Shown here: positions 8,630 through 17,445 of the stretch, piece after piece
How the letters are laid out: every line of letters begins with the position of its first letter
Position numbering within the stretch: position 1 is the first letter of the stretch
Assembly: GCA_002691145.1 (NCBI GenBank)
Contig: NZHE01000026.1
Span: 15,678-79,677 of the forward strand
Direction of reading: 5' to 3'
DNA from: Rickettsiales bacterium
GTDB lineage: Bacteria; Pseudomonadota; Alphaproteobacteria; Methylaequorales; Methylaequoraceae
DNA length: 64,000 bases
Program-made: the position numbers and the translations under genes
Notes under the pieces: generated by a model
Told to the model about the DNA's origin: nothing
Database searches by the model: none
The model's input: only the letters and a program-made list of their open reading frames with translations

Positions 8630-9013
8630 CTAAAAAAAAATATCATCAGCTAAAAAAGAAAAGAAAAATCCGACTAAGTAAATAACTGACGAAACAATAA
8701 TAATTTTCAAATTTATAATTTTTAGCCTGTTGCAGATCTTTGCTTGCTTAATATTAAATGGACAAGGTGCATTCTTAAATCGCCAAAATAAATAAATAGT
8801 AATTATTAATAAAAGTCCTGCTACAGCAAACACCTGAACTTTGTATTTAGATATAATAATCAACCATGGAAATATTGATATAAAACTTGCTAACACAGCA
8901 CCCATTCCAATAACAACAAGTAGGGATGGAATAGCACAACAAATTAAAGTACTAAAACTTGTGAATAAACTCAATACGGGTACAAGCATTTGTTTATATC
9001 TACTAATTCTCAC
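8630..9013 (-). CDS. MerT-like heavy-metal transport membrane protein
   Basis: 127 aa with 3 TM helices. Has the Cys-Cys pair in TM1 (TLICCAIPSLLVVIG) and a Cys-containing cytoplasmic loop (APCPFNIKQAKIC), matching MerT topology. Confidence 0.55.
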   Translation of the reverse strand: MRISRYKQMLVPVLSLFTSFSTLICCAIPSLLVVIGMGAVLASFISIFPWLIIISKYKVQVFAVAGLLLIITIYLFWRFKNAPCPFNIKQAKICNRLKIINLKIIIVSSVIYLVGFFFSFLADDIFF

Positions 9014-9314
9014 GAAACACCTCTACAACTTCGTAACCAGAATCTAAAATTAATTTTTTTATTGTTTCATCAGTTAAATTCTCACCCTCTTTTAAATTAA
9101 TAGTAATTAACATTTTTTCTAAATTTACATCAATACTTTTAACAGATTGTTTTCTTTTAAAAATTTTTTCAATTGACCTGGCACAAAAATCACAAACTAA
9201 TCCATTCACTGAAACGTACAAAATCTTATTGTCTTGTAAAACTTTCGATTCTAATTTTGTATTTGTTGTAAGTAAAAAAAGAATTAAAATTAAAATTGGT
9301 AAAAATAATTTCAT
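9003..9314 (-). CDS. periplasmic heavy-metal-associated (HMA) domain protein, MerP/CopZ-like
   Basis: 103 aa; signal peptide followed by an HMA fold carrying GLVCDFCA (a GMxCxxC-type metal-binding loop). Overlaps the MerT-like gene by 11 nt. Confidence 0.7.
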   Translation of the reverse strand: MKLFLPILILILFLLTTNTKLESKVLQDNKILYVSVNGLVCDFCARSIEKIFKRKQSVKSIDVNLEKMLITINLKEGENLTDETIKKLILDSGYEVVEVFREN

Positions 9315-9323
9315 TATAATCTC

Positions 9324-9968
9324 CTAAAATCTTTTAATAAAATTAAACAAAAAATCGTTGTGATAACTTAGTCCTATTTCAGCCAAATAATCACCTTTAA
9401 AGATTCTTAAGAAAGGTGTGAAAACTAAATTATCTGAAGAATTCGGCATATGATCAATCTGAAACATAAACCATGTATGAAGATCTCCATATTTACCAAT
9501 ATAAGGAGCTAGTCCGAATCGTAATTTTTGTTGATAAAATTTTTCTATCGATAAACTATTATTTATTCTATTTTCGTAACTCACAAAATAATTTCTATTT
9601 TCCCAATCAAATAAAAGTCCAGTAAAAAAACTTGGCAAGACTTTATTCTGAAAATGTTTATAATTACTTAGGGCCACACCAACTCCATTCCTAATATAAA
9701 AATTTGATTGTGATTTTGAAGTATTAATTCGATTAATCAGATAGTTAAATTGTGCACCATGAAATTGCCATTCTTTTTTTCTCCAATATTCTGCTCTATA
9801 GCCTAGAGAATATTTTACTGAAGGGCTCAAGTGAATGTGAACACTATTTTTGTTTACGTCATTCATCTGCATGATTGTCCAACCATTAGGATAAGAAATA
9901 GGTCTAGTTTTGACATCAGTTGTAAAAACTAAAAATAAAAAAGGTCCAAATATAAGATATTTAAACAT
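9324..9968 (-). CDS. secreted / putative outer-membrane protein (signal peptide, Tyr/aromatic-rich, beta-rich)
   Basis: 214 aa, N-terminal signal peptide, no internal TM helices; family not recognised. Confidence 0.3.
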   Translation of the reverse strand: MFKYLIFGPFLFLVFTTDVKTRPISYPNGWTIMQMNDVNKNSVHIHLSPSVKYSLGYRAEYWRKKEWQFHGAQFNYLINRINTSKSQSNFYIRNGVGVALSNYKHFQNKVLPSFFTGLLFDWENRNYFVSYENRINNSLSIEKFYQQKLRFGLAPYIGKYGDLHTWFMFQIDHMPNSSDNLVFTPFLRIFKGDYLAEIGLSYHNDFLFNFIKRF

Positions 9969-10028
9969 ATAATCTCCAAATAAAATTTACGAAAGAAAGA
10001 CATACGTCTCTCTATTTTTTAATAATTA

Positions 10029-10376
10029 TTAGGAGGTATATTTAGGAGGTGGATCTTTTAGTTCACTTATTAATGAATAATGATTAGAAATTAAAAAAAT
10101 TTCGAACGAATTACCAAAATTAATCATTGATAATATATGATTTTTATGAGTTAAAACATTTTTCAAATAACATTGGCAATCCAAACATAACTTTATATTA
10201 CTTTTATCAACGTTATTATTTTGATTATGGCAAGATTTATCATGAACGGAGATTTCTTGAACCTGACTTTGATGTTCTATTTTTTCTAAACAAAAATCAT
10301 TAATATTACTAAATGTAGTAGAATGAATAAAACATACTACAGAAAACATAACTAGTAAAAATTTAGGATAATTCAT
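10029..10376 (-). CDS. small secreted Cys/His-rich protein (putative periplasmic metal-binding)
   Basis: 115 aa; signal peptide, then CLEKIEHQ...HDKSCHNQ...CLDCQCY...HKNH. Confidence 0.3.
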   Translation of the reverse strand: MNYPKFLLVMFSVVCFIHSTTFSNINDFCLEKIEHQSQVQEISVHDKSCHNQNNNVDKSNIKLCLDCQCYLKNVLTHKNHILSMINFGNSFEIFLISNHYSLISELKDPPPKYTS

Positions 10377-10491
10377 ACTTATATATTTAATTTAAAACAA
10401 ATATTTTTTCAAGCGTTAAAATTAATGGCTCTACCAAAATTTTAATACCTTAATTATTTCCAAAAAAAGAAAAGTGTTGTGTTGACAAAAC

Positions 10492-10539
10492 TATATTTGT
10501 TATATTATAACACTACTATATTTGTTATATTATAACACT
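10492..10539. promoter_or_regulatory. two tandem Zur-box-like perfect palindromes (TGTTATATTATAACA at ~10498-10512 and ~10523-10537) inside a 23-bp direct repeat, in the divergent promoter between the TonB receptor and the MerP/MerT-like operon
   Basis: tatatttgttatattataacact repeated twice with a 25-bp period. Each core is a 7-1-7 perfect palindrome matching TGTTATAWTATAACA. A TTGACA -35-like hexamer lies at ~10481. Confidence 0.65.
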
Positions 10540-10567
10540 TTAATCTTTCAAAAAAAGGTATATCATT

Positions 10568-12529
10568 TTGAAAAATTCATTAAAATTCTTGACGATAATA
10601 TTTTTTGTAAACCAGGCTAGCGCTGAAAATCTTGAAACTATTTTTTCTGCACCTGATTTATTCGTTACTTCAAAAATTAAACCTTCATCAAATTTTGACG
10701 GTGATCGTGGAAACATACTTTTTGAAAATGATCAGCTTGAAAAAAAAGGACAATACTCAATTGGAGGTATATTGAATGATTTACCTGGTTTATCCTCTAC
10801 AAGTTTAGGTAACGCTTCTAGACCATTGATTAGAGGTATGTCAAATTCAAGGGTAAGAATTCTTCAAAATAATAGTTCTCTAAGTGACGTTTCTGAGTTT
10901 GCAGCAGATCACATAGTGGGTTATGACCCACTTTTGATTGATAAGATAGAGATTATTAAAGGTCCTGCAACATTGCTATATGGAAATAATGCTTTCGCAG
11001 GTGTTGTAAATATTATTAATCCTTTAATTGCTGTTGATACACCGATTATCGATCAAAGTGTTCAGGCTAGTTTTGGTTACAGCACTTCCGGTGGTGAACT
11101 TAAGTCGGCTCTTAAGGGTACCAAATCAATTGATAATTATACAGTTAGGGGGATGGGAAGTTTTTTAAGTGCTAGTTCTTATAATTTAGCAAATACATCA
11201 GCCAATCAAGGCAATTCTGCGAAGTCAAATTTTACAGGTGGATTTGGATTTACTTACAATAATGGTGAAAATTTTTTCGGGATTGCTGCAGACAAATTGG
11301 AAGCTGAATATAGTTTGCCGGGAGGTGAAGGTGTGGAAAATAGAACTACAATTAATCCTACAAGAAATACTTTTAATTTCAAAGCCGGTATTGCTTTAGA
11401 TTCTAGTTTATTTGAAAAAGTAAACTTAGAAGGAACTGTTTCAGAATATAGTCATGCGGAAAGAGTTCTAGCTGATAAACATAACATAGAGTTTTTCAAT
11501 GACTCTTACGAAATTAAAACCTCACTAAATCATAAATCCTTATTTTCAAATAACCTTGAGGGATTAATAGGGTTTCATTATCAGAATCTCGATCAAGGAG
11601 CTAAAGGAGATGAGGAAGTTCATTTAACAAAAACAAAAACAAATAGTTTTGGTTTATTTGTTTTGGAAAAATTCAAATATAATACTATTGAAATAGATCT
11701 TGGTGGTCGTCTTGAATCTGTGAACCTTAAAAATTCAAGCAATGAAAAAGGTTTCTTTCCAGTATCCTTTTCATCCACGGCAAGAAAAGAATTTATAGAA
11801 AATAATACTTCATTTATTGGTTTTGATTTCACCCAAAGAGCACCAAATCCAGTTGAACTATTTGCTAATGGGGCACATCATGCTGTTGAAAATTTTGAGA
11901 ATGGTGAATCTACCCTAACAACTGAAAGTTCTTACAATTTTTCATTAGGTAATATTTACAAAAATGATTTAGACAAGTTACAAGTTGAAACATATTTAAA
12001 TTATATTGATAATTTTATAGCTGCGGATAGAGACGGTACAACTGTAGCAGTCGAGGGTGAAGATTTTAACAATGTTATTCATGAACAATATAATGCAATG
12101 TTTACAGGCCTTGAGGTTTCTGGTCGATATAATTTTGCAAGTATAAATGAATTTAACATTCTAACAAATTTTATGTTTGACTTCATTAAAGGATATAAAA
12201 CATCTACTGATAAAGCTATTACAAGAGTTCCTCAATCTAAAGTTAATGCCGGTTTGCAGCTATTAGGAGATAGTTTAGATTCAAACTTAACTTATAATCA
12301 TTATTTTAGTAAAGGATTTCTTGGACCTTTTCAAACGCGCACAGGTGGACATTCTAGACTTGATTTTGATGTTACAAAAGATTTTTCCTATTCCACAATC
12401 TCTGGACATTTAGTATTTTCAGCTTTGAATTTATTAGATGTAGTTGGAAGAAGTCATTTGGAATCAAAAAAAGACACTGTACAACTTCCTGGCAGACATT
12501 TTAATTTTTTGTTAAAGGTTTTTTATTAA
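10568..12529 (+). CDS. TonB-dependent outer-membrane receptor (predicted Zur-regulated)
   Basis: 653 aa; signal peptide, N-terminal plug region and long beta-barrel, C-terminal aromatic residue. Zur boxes lie immediately upstream. Confidence 0.85.
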   Translation: MKNSLKFLTIIFFVNQASAENLETIFSAPDLFVTSKIKPSSNFDGDRGNILFENDQLEKKGQYSIGGILNDLPGLSSTSLGNASRPLIRGMSNSRVRILQNNSSLSDVSEFAADHIVGYDPLLIDKIEIIKGPATLLYGNNAFAGVVNIINPLIAVDTPIIDQSVQASFGYSTSGGELKSALKGTKSIDNYTVRGMGSFLSASSYNLANTSANQGNSAKSNFTGGFGFTYNNGENFFGIAADKLEAEYSLPGGEGVENRTTINPTRNTFNFKAGIALDSSLFEKVNLEGTVSEYSHAERVLADKHNIEFFNDSYEIKTSLNHKSLFSNNLEGLIGFHYQNLDQGAKGDEEVHLTKTKTNSFGLFVLEKFKYNTIEIDLGGRLESVNLKNSSNEKGFFPVSFSSTARKEFIENNTSFIGFDFTQRAPNPVELFANGAHHAVENFENGESTLTTESSYNFSLGNIYKNDLDKLQVETYLNYIDNFIAADRDGTTVAVEGEDFNNVIHEQYNAMFTGLEVSGRYNFASINEFNILTNFMFDFIKGYKTSTDKAITRVPQSKVNAGLQLLGDSLDSNLTYNHYFSKGFLGPFQTRTGGHSRLDFDVTKDFSYSTISGHLVFSALNLLDVVGRSHLESKKDTVQLPGRHFNFLLKVFY

Positions 12530-12538
12530 TATAAAAAA

Positions 12539-12907
12539 ATGTTTAAGTATTACTCTTCTTATGTTCTATTTTATTTTACTTTAACACATTTTTTGTGTTG
12601 TGGTATTCCCATTCTTTTAGGCACAATGTCTGTGTTTACAAGTTTATTAATATTTGAATCATTAGTAGTAAATTTTGAGTTTTTGGAAGCATTTGATATT
12701 TATTTCTTTACTCTTACATCTCTTCTTTTTTTATTAATAATATGTTTTGAAGTTTATAAAAAAAAATTAAAGACAAAGGTTGAAATTGATAACAGTGATA
12801 TCCAGAAATTAAATTTAACTAGAAGAAAAGCTAGATTAAACATAATTGCATCTTCAATTATCTATGTATTCAATGCATCAATATTTTTTTCAGAAAGAAT
12901 GTTTTGA
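12539..12907 (+). CDS. hypothetical membrane protein, probably co-transcribed with the TonB-dependent receptor
   Basis: 122 aa with 3 hydrophobic helices, 9 nt downstream of the receptor gene. Confidence 0.3.
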   Translation: MFKYYSSYVLFYFTLTHFLCCGIPILLGTMSVFTSLLIFESLVVNFEFLEAFDIYFFTLTSLLFLLIICFEVYKKKLKTKVEIDNSDIQKLNLTRRKARLNIIASSIIYVFNASIFFSERMF

Positions 12908-12963
12908 ATTCTAAAGTTTGGTTTTATATAAAATCAAATTAGTTACTTTGGGATTAAGTTTTG

Positions 12964-13554
12964 TTATTCATCTATAAACTTATTATTTTTAAAAATCCCT
13001 TTTTTTTTGTCACCATTTTTTTTTGTGAGTACCCCTCTACCGTCAAATAGATTGTTCTTAAACTCTCCTTCATATATATCGCCATTTGAAAATGTATAGG
13101 TGCCATTACCCTCTCTATTTCCAAATTTAAAGTGGCCAATGTACTTATCACCCACTTCAAATATTTGTGTACCAAAGCCGTGGGGTAAATCTTCAAAATA
13201 GTCTCCTTCATATTCTTCTCCATATGAAAATTTTGCCTTACCATATCCATGGAAAAGTCCATCTTTAAAACCACCTTCGTATCTATCACCGTTAGCAAAA
13301 TCAAAAACCCCGTTACCATGTTGAATACCATCTCTGAAGTCACCAACATATTTATTACCATTAACATATAAATAGGTCCCTTTTCCGTTGTATTTGTAAT
13401 CTTTAACTTCTCCAACATATTTTTCTCCATTGGAGTGGTTTATTACACCAAAACAGTGTTCAACAAAGTTACCATTACACTTAGGAAGACTGAATACGTA
13501 ATTTGTATTCGAAAAAAAAAATAAAAAGAATAAAACTATGATATTATTTCGCAT
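12964..13554 (-). CDS. secreted MORN-repeat protein
   Basis: 196 aa; signal peptide, then ~7 tandem YxGxxKxGxxHGxG MORN-type repeats. Confidence 0.75.
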   Translation of the reverse strand: MRNNIIVLFFLFFFSNTNYVFSLPKCNGNFVEHCFGVINHSNGEKYVGEVKDYKYNGKGTYLYVNGNKYVGDFRDGIQHGNGVFDFANGDRYEGGFKDGLFHGYGKAKFSYGEEYEGDYFEDLPHGFGTQIFEVGDKYIGHFKFGNREGNGTYTFSNGDIYEGEFKNNLFDGRGVLTKKNGDKKKGIFKNNKFIDE

Positions 13555-13596
13555 GTATTTAAAATAACTATTTAAAATATTATTACAATCTGATAG

Positions 13597-14835
13597 TTAA
13601 TTTACCCATCTTTTAGATAAAAGTTTTGTTCCCTCTTTTATACCAAGAGGAGTTAATGGAACCATTCTATTTGAAAAAATTTTTTTTATAATGCTTATCG
13701 ATTCAGTTATTTGCCATTTATTTTCTGGAACGGGATTTATCCATAAACTAGAGGACCATTTTGAAAGGGCTCTACTCAACCAAAATTTTCCGGATTCTTG
13801 GTTATAATGTTCATTACTAGCTCCGGGCATCAATATCTCGTAAGGACTCATAGAGGCATCACCAACAAAAATACATTTAAAATCTTTACCATAAGTTCTT
13901 ATAATTTCATTTGTAGAAGATCTTTCGCTCCATCTTCTTTTATTATCTTTCCAAACACCCTCGTACAGACAATTATGAAAATAAAAGTATTCTAAATTTT
14001 TAAAAACACTTTTAGCGGCAAAAAATAAACTCTCAACTTTTTTTATATGATCATCCATTGAGCCACCAACATCTAAAAAGAGAATAACTTTTAAAGAATT
14101 TTCTTTTTGTTTTTGTTTTTTTATATCTAAATAACCATTTTTAGCAGAAAAATTAATAGTATTTTTAATGTCAATCTCTTCTTCTATGCTTGTTCTAGCC
14201 CATTGTCGCAAATGTTTTAAGGAAACTTGTAAACCCCTAGAGTTTAATTGTTTTGAATCATCGAAATCTTTGAATCTTCTTTTGTCCCATGTCTTTAAAG
14301 CCTTTCGATGTCTGCTTTCACTTTGTCCGATCCTAATTCCCATTGGATTATAACCATAAGCACCGAATTGTGAGGTTCCAGAAGTTCCTATCCATTTATT
14401 TCCACCTTCATGTCTTTTTTTTTGTTCTTCAAGTCTTTTTTTAAATTTTTCCATAAGTTTCTTGAAACCACCGGAGGACTTTATTTTTAACATTTCTTCT
14501 TTAGAAAATTCCTTCTCAAATAACTTTTCTATCCAATGATTAGGAATACTAAAAAATTTAGCAACATCTTCAAATTGGATCTTTTCGATAGACTTAAAGT
14601 GTTCACCAAAAATAACATCAAACTTATCTATCAGGTTTTCATTTTTTATTAACGTAGTTCTGGTTAAAAAGTAAAATTCTTCAATATCATATTGAATAAA
14701 ATTTAACTGTAATGCTTTTAATAAAGTTAAATATTCATTCAGAGAAACCGGCAAATTTGAAGCTTTTAACTTTATAAAAAATTCTAAGAACATTAAATCA
14801 ATCGTTATTTCTTGACATAAATGCCAATTGCTCAA
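13597..14835 (-). CDS. von Willebrand factor A (VWA) domain protein, CoxE-like partner of the MoxR ATPase
   Basis: 412 aa; VILFLDVGGSMDD (MIDAS-type DxSxS) and the C-terminal VWA fold fit the CoxE/COG3552 architecture. The track start is a TTG; the biological start is probably the ATG ~42 nt downstream (MFLEF...). Confidence 0.75.
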   Translation of the reverse strand: MSNWHLCQEITIDLMFLEFFIKLKASNLPVSLNEYLTLLKALQLNFIQYDIEEFYFLTRTTLIKNENLIDKFDVIFGEHFKSIEKIQFEDVAKFFSIPNHWIEKLFEKEFSKEEMLKIKSSGGFKKLMEKFKKRLEEQKKRHEGGNKWIGTSGTSQFGAYGYNPMGIRIGQSESRHRKALKTWDKRRFKDFDDSKQLNSRGLQVSLKHLRQWARTSIEEEIDIKNTINFSAKNGYLDIKKQKQKENSLKVILFLDVGGSMDDHIKKVESLFFAAKSVFKNLEYFYFHNCLYEGVWKDNKRRWSERSSTNEIIRTYGKDFKCIFVGDASMSPYEILMPGASNEHYNQESGKFWLSRALSKWSSSLWINPVPENKWQITESISIIKKIFSNRMVPLTPLGIKEGTKLLSKRWVN

Positions 14836-15635
14836 AAAGTTGTATATCTTGCTCGTTTTTGATTAAAGCTCCATAAAGTTTAGGGAGAATTTCTTTAGAA
14901 TTTTGTTTTAAATCACTGGGTTCCAAATCTTCAATAAGCAGCAATTTAATCCAATCTAAAGCCTCAGATGTAGATGGTTTTTTTTTTAAGACCTGGAACT
15001 GATCTTATTTCAAAAAACTTAAAAATAGCAGCATTTAATAATTGTTTTTTTATATCAGGAAAATGCACTTTAACAATTTTTTTTAATGTTTCAATTTCCG
15101 GAAATTGAATAAAATGAAAAAAACATCTTCTTAAAAAAGCTTCTGGCAATTCTTTTTCATTGTTTGAAGTTATAATTATAATTGGTCTAGACTTTGCTTG
15201 AATTAGTTTATTAGTTTCAAAAACAAAAAACTCCATTCTATCTAATTCTTGCAGTAAATCATTTGGAAATTCAATATCTGCTTTATCAATTTCGTCAATG
15301 AGTAAAACTAATTTTTCACTGGATTCAAAAGCCTCCCAAATTTTTCCCTTTTTAATATATTTTTCAATATTATCAATATTTACTTTCATTTGACTATCTC
15401 TTAATCTGCTTATAGCGTCAAACTCATACAATCCTTGAGAAGCTTTGGTTGTCGATTTTATGTTCCACTCAATGATTTTTAAATTTAAACTTTTTGCGAC
15501 TTGTCTAGCTAATTCTGTTTTTCCTGTTCCTGGTTCGCCTTTGACAAGCAACGGTTTTTCTAGGGAAATAGCTGCATTAACAGCAACAGTTAAATCTAAA
15601 GTAGATATGTAATCTTTAGTACTTGAGAAGTGCAT
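14798..15635 (-). CDS. MoxR-family AAA+ ATPase (CoxD-like), interrupted by a 1-nt frameshift in an A10 run (plus-strand T10 at ~14978-14987)
   Basis: Track ORF 14964-15635 (223 aa) has the Walker A motif GEPGTGKTELA and a Walker B/sensor region. Reading with A9 instead of A10 continues into PGLKKKPSTSEALDWIKLLLIEDLEPSDL...FMSRNND*, giving a normal ~278-aa MoxR. Confidence 0.75.
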
Positions 15636-15697
15636 ATAAACTATTCATAATGTTTGAATCTAAGCATAATAGTCAAAATTTTAGTTAAAATATTTTT

Positions 15698-16123
15698 TTA
15701 TAAACATTTTCTGCATATACCTGTAATCTCTATGCTCCAACTTTTTTGTTCAAACATATTTTCTTGTAGAGTTTTTTTGAATATAGATGGCAGTTTTCCA
15801 AAATGAGATTCGGTAACAGCACCACAATCATTGCATATCATGAATTGAGTTCCTTTATGAGGCTTGTCAGATTCGCATATTGTATACGCATTTAAACTCT
15901 CAATTTTATGAATAAAGTTAATACCTCTCCAAAAGTCAATTGCTCTATATACTGTTGGTGGTTTTGGATTCTTTACGAGTTTTGACAGTTCAGATAAGAT
16001 ATCATAAGCTTTAATGGGTCTTTTGCTTGAAGAAACAATCTTCAGCACATTCAACCGAGACTTAGTAACCCTATGCTTATTTTTAATACAAAAATCTAAA
16101 ACTTTTTTTTCGAAAGATTTCAT
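15698..16123 (-). CDS. zur: Fur-family transcriptional regulator, probable Zur
   Basis: 141 aa; winged-helix N-terminus and two CxxC pairs (CNDCG...CRKC). Located in a cluster with Zur boxes, a COG0523 gene and metal transporters. Confidence 0.65.
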   Translation of the reverse strand: MKSFEKKVLDFCIKNKHRVTKSRLNVLKIVSSSKRPIKAYDILSELSKLVKNPKPPTVYRAIDFWRGINFIHKIESLNAYTICESDKPHKGTQFMICNDCGAVTESHFGKLPSIFKKTLQENMFEQKSWSIEITGICRKCL

Positions 16124-16161
16124 GATCTTATTTTATTTATTTTACTGTATAAATCAATTTT

Positions 16162-17316
16162 TTATAACTCAAATTCTTCAATTATTTTTGGAATATTTTT
16201 TTTAAAATTAAAAAAACCTTTTTTTGCAAATTTAAAACAAAAAATATCCTCTTTTCTGAAAATAAAATTAAACTTTTTTTGTTTAATTTCATTTTTAAAA
16301 TTTAATATGAAATCTAAATTCTCACCAATAAAAGGATAAATTATATCGATTTCTATAATATCATTTATTAATTCCTGGAAATTAGATGCATTTACACTAA
16401 TAATATTATTCTTAAATTCTTTTTTGAAATCGTTCAACAATTCACTTTTATAATTAATAACTTTTTCACTGAGTTCAATTCTTCGGTTGCTATTACTAAG
16501 TAATAGCACATAAATCTTTTTATAATTTTGAAATAATATTTTTCTTGAGGTAACATGTAAGTCATTTTCGAAAACCAATAAATTTTCATTTTTGGGTTCA
16601 AAATTTGAAGTTAGTAAATTATTTTCAATAGAATAAAATGTAGATTCTTCTTTTGGAAGCGCATTCTCATTAAGGTCAATATTTGCAAACCTATTATTAG
16701 TATACCTTTTGATATTCATGCTCCTTGCAAGATAGTGTTTGCCTCTTGTTTGTAATCCTGCAACCCATCGCCAGCTAAGTGTGTTTGAAGCAGCATCTCC
16801 ATCAAATAAATGTTTTAGAAAGAAATTAGCTCCCATCTGCCATGGCAAATTAAAAGTAAATATCCAAATACTAGCAAACCACATTCTCACATGATTATGA
16901 AGATAATTTTTTGTTTTTAATTCTCTTACCCACTCATTAAAGCATTCTATTTTAGTTTCTCCGTTGTATGCTTTGATTAAATCTTTAAAATTATCATTTC
17001 GATTGGCCGATTTAACATAATCAAACCAAACACTTGGTCTATGCTCTAACCATCCTTTCCAATAGATTCTCCAGAATACTTCCTGAATAAATTTTTCTAC
17101 CTCAGAATATTTATAATTTTCAAGCACTTTAGAAACTAATTCATATTCTAGTATTATCCTATGTGATATAAATGGTGATAATTTAGAAACATAATTAGAG
17201 TCTGAACTACCAAAGTCAAAGTTTCTATACCTGCTGTAATTAGAAATTTTTTTTTTTAAAAAAGAATTAAGCTGCGATTCTGATCTATCAAAAATGGACG
17301 TATTATACATATTCAT
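16162..17316 (-). CDS. cryptochrome/photolyase-family protein with only the FAD-binding (FAD_binding_7-like) domain plus a ~170-aa C-terminal extension
   Basis: 384 aa; SKLSPFISHRII...WRWVAGLQTRGKHYLARSM matches the photolyase FAD-binding domain. There is no N-terminal photolyase alpha/beta domain and no upstream ORF that could supply one. Confidence 0.55.
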   Translation of the reverse strand: MNMYNTSIFDRSESQLNSFLKKKISNYSRYRNFDFGSSDSNYVSKLSPFISHRIILEYELVSKVLENYKYSEVEKFIQEVFWRIYWKGWLEHRPSVWFDYVKSANRNDNFKDLIKAYNGETKIECFNEWVRELKTKNYLHNHVRMWFASIWIFTFNLPWQMGANFFLKHLFDGDAASNTLSWRWVAGLQTRGKHYLARSMNIKRYTNNRFANIDLNENALPKEESTFYSIENNLLTSNFEPKNENLLVFENDLHVTSRKILFQNYKKIYVLLLSNSNRRIELSEKVINYKSELLNDFKKEFKNNIISVNASNFQELINDIIEIDIIYPFIGENLDFILNFKNEIKQKKFNFIFRKEDIFCFKFAKKGFFNFKKNIPKIIEEFEL

Positions 17317-17445
17317 AAAATAATAATATTTTCAAAAAATTCATTAAAAATATAATATAAAAGATGAATATATTATATTAATTACTTTATAAATATTAAA
17401 AATAACTACACGTATTTTTTTTATTTTAAATAAGCATCAAAATAT

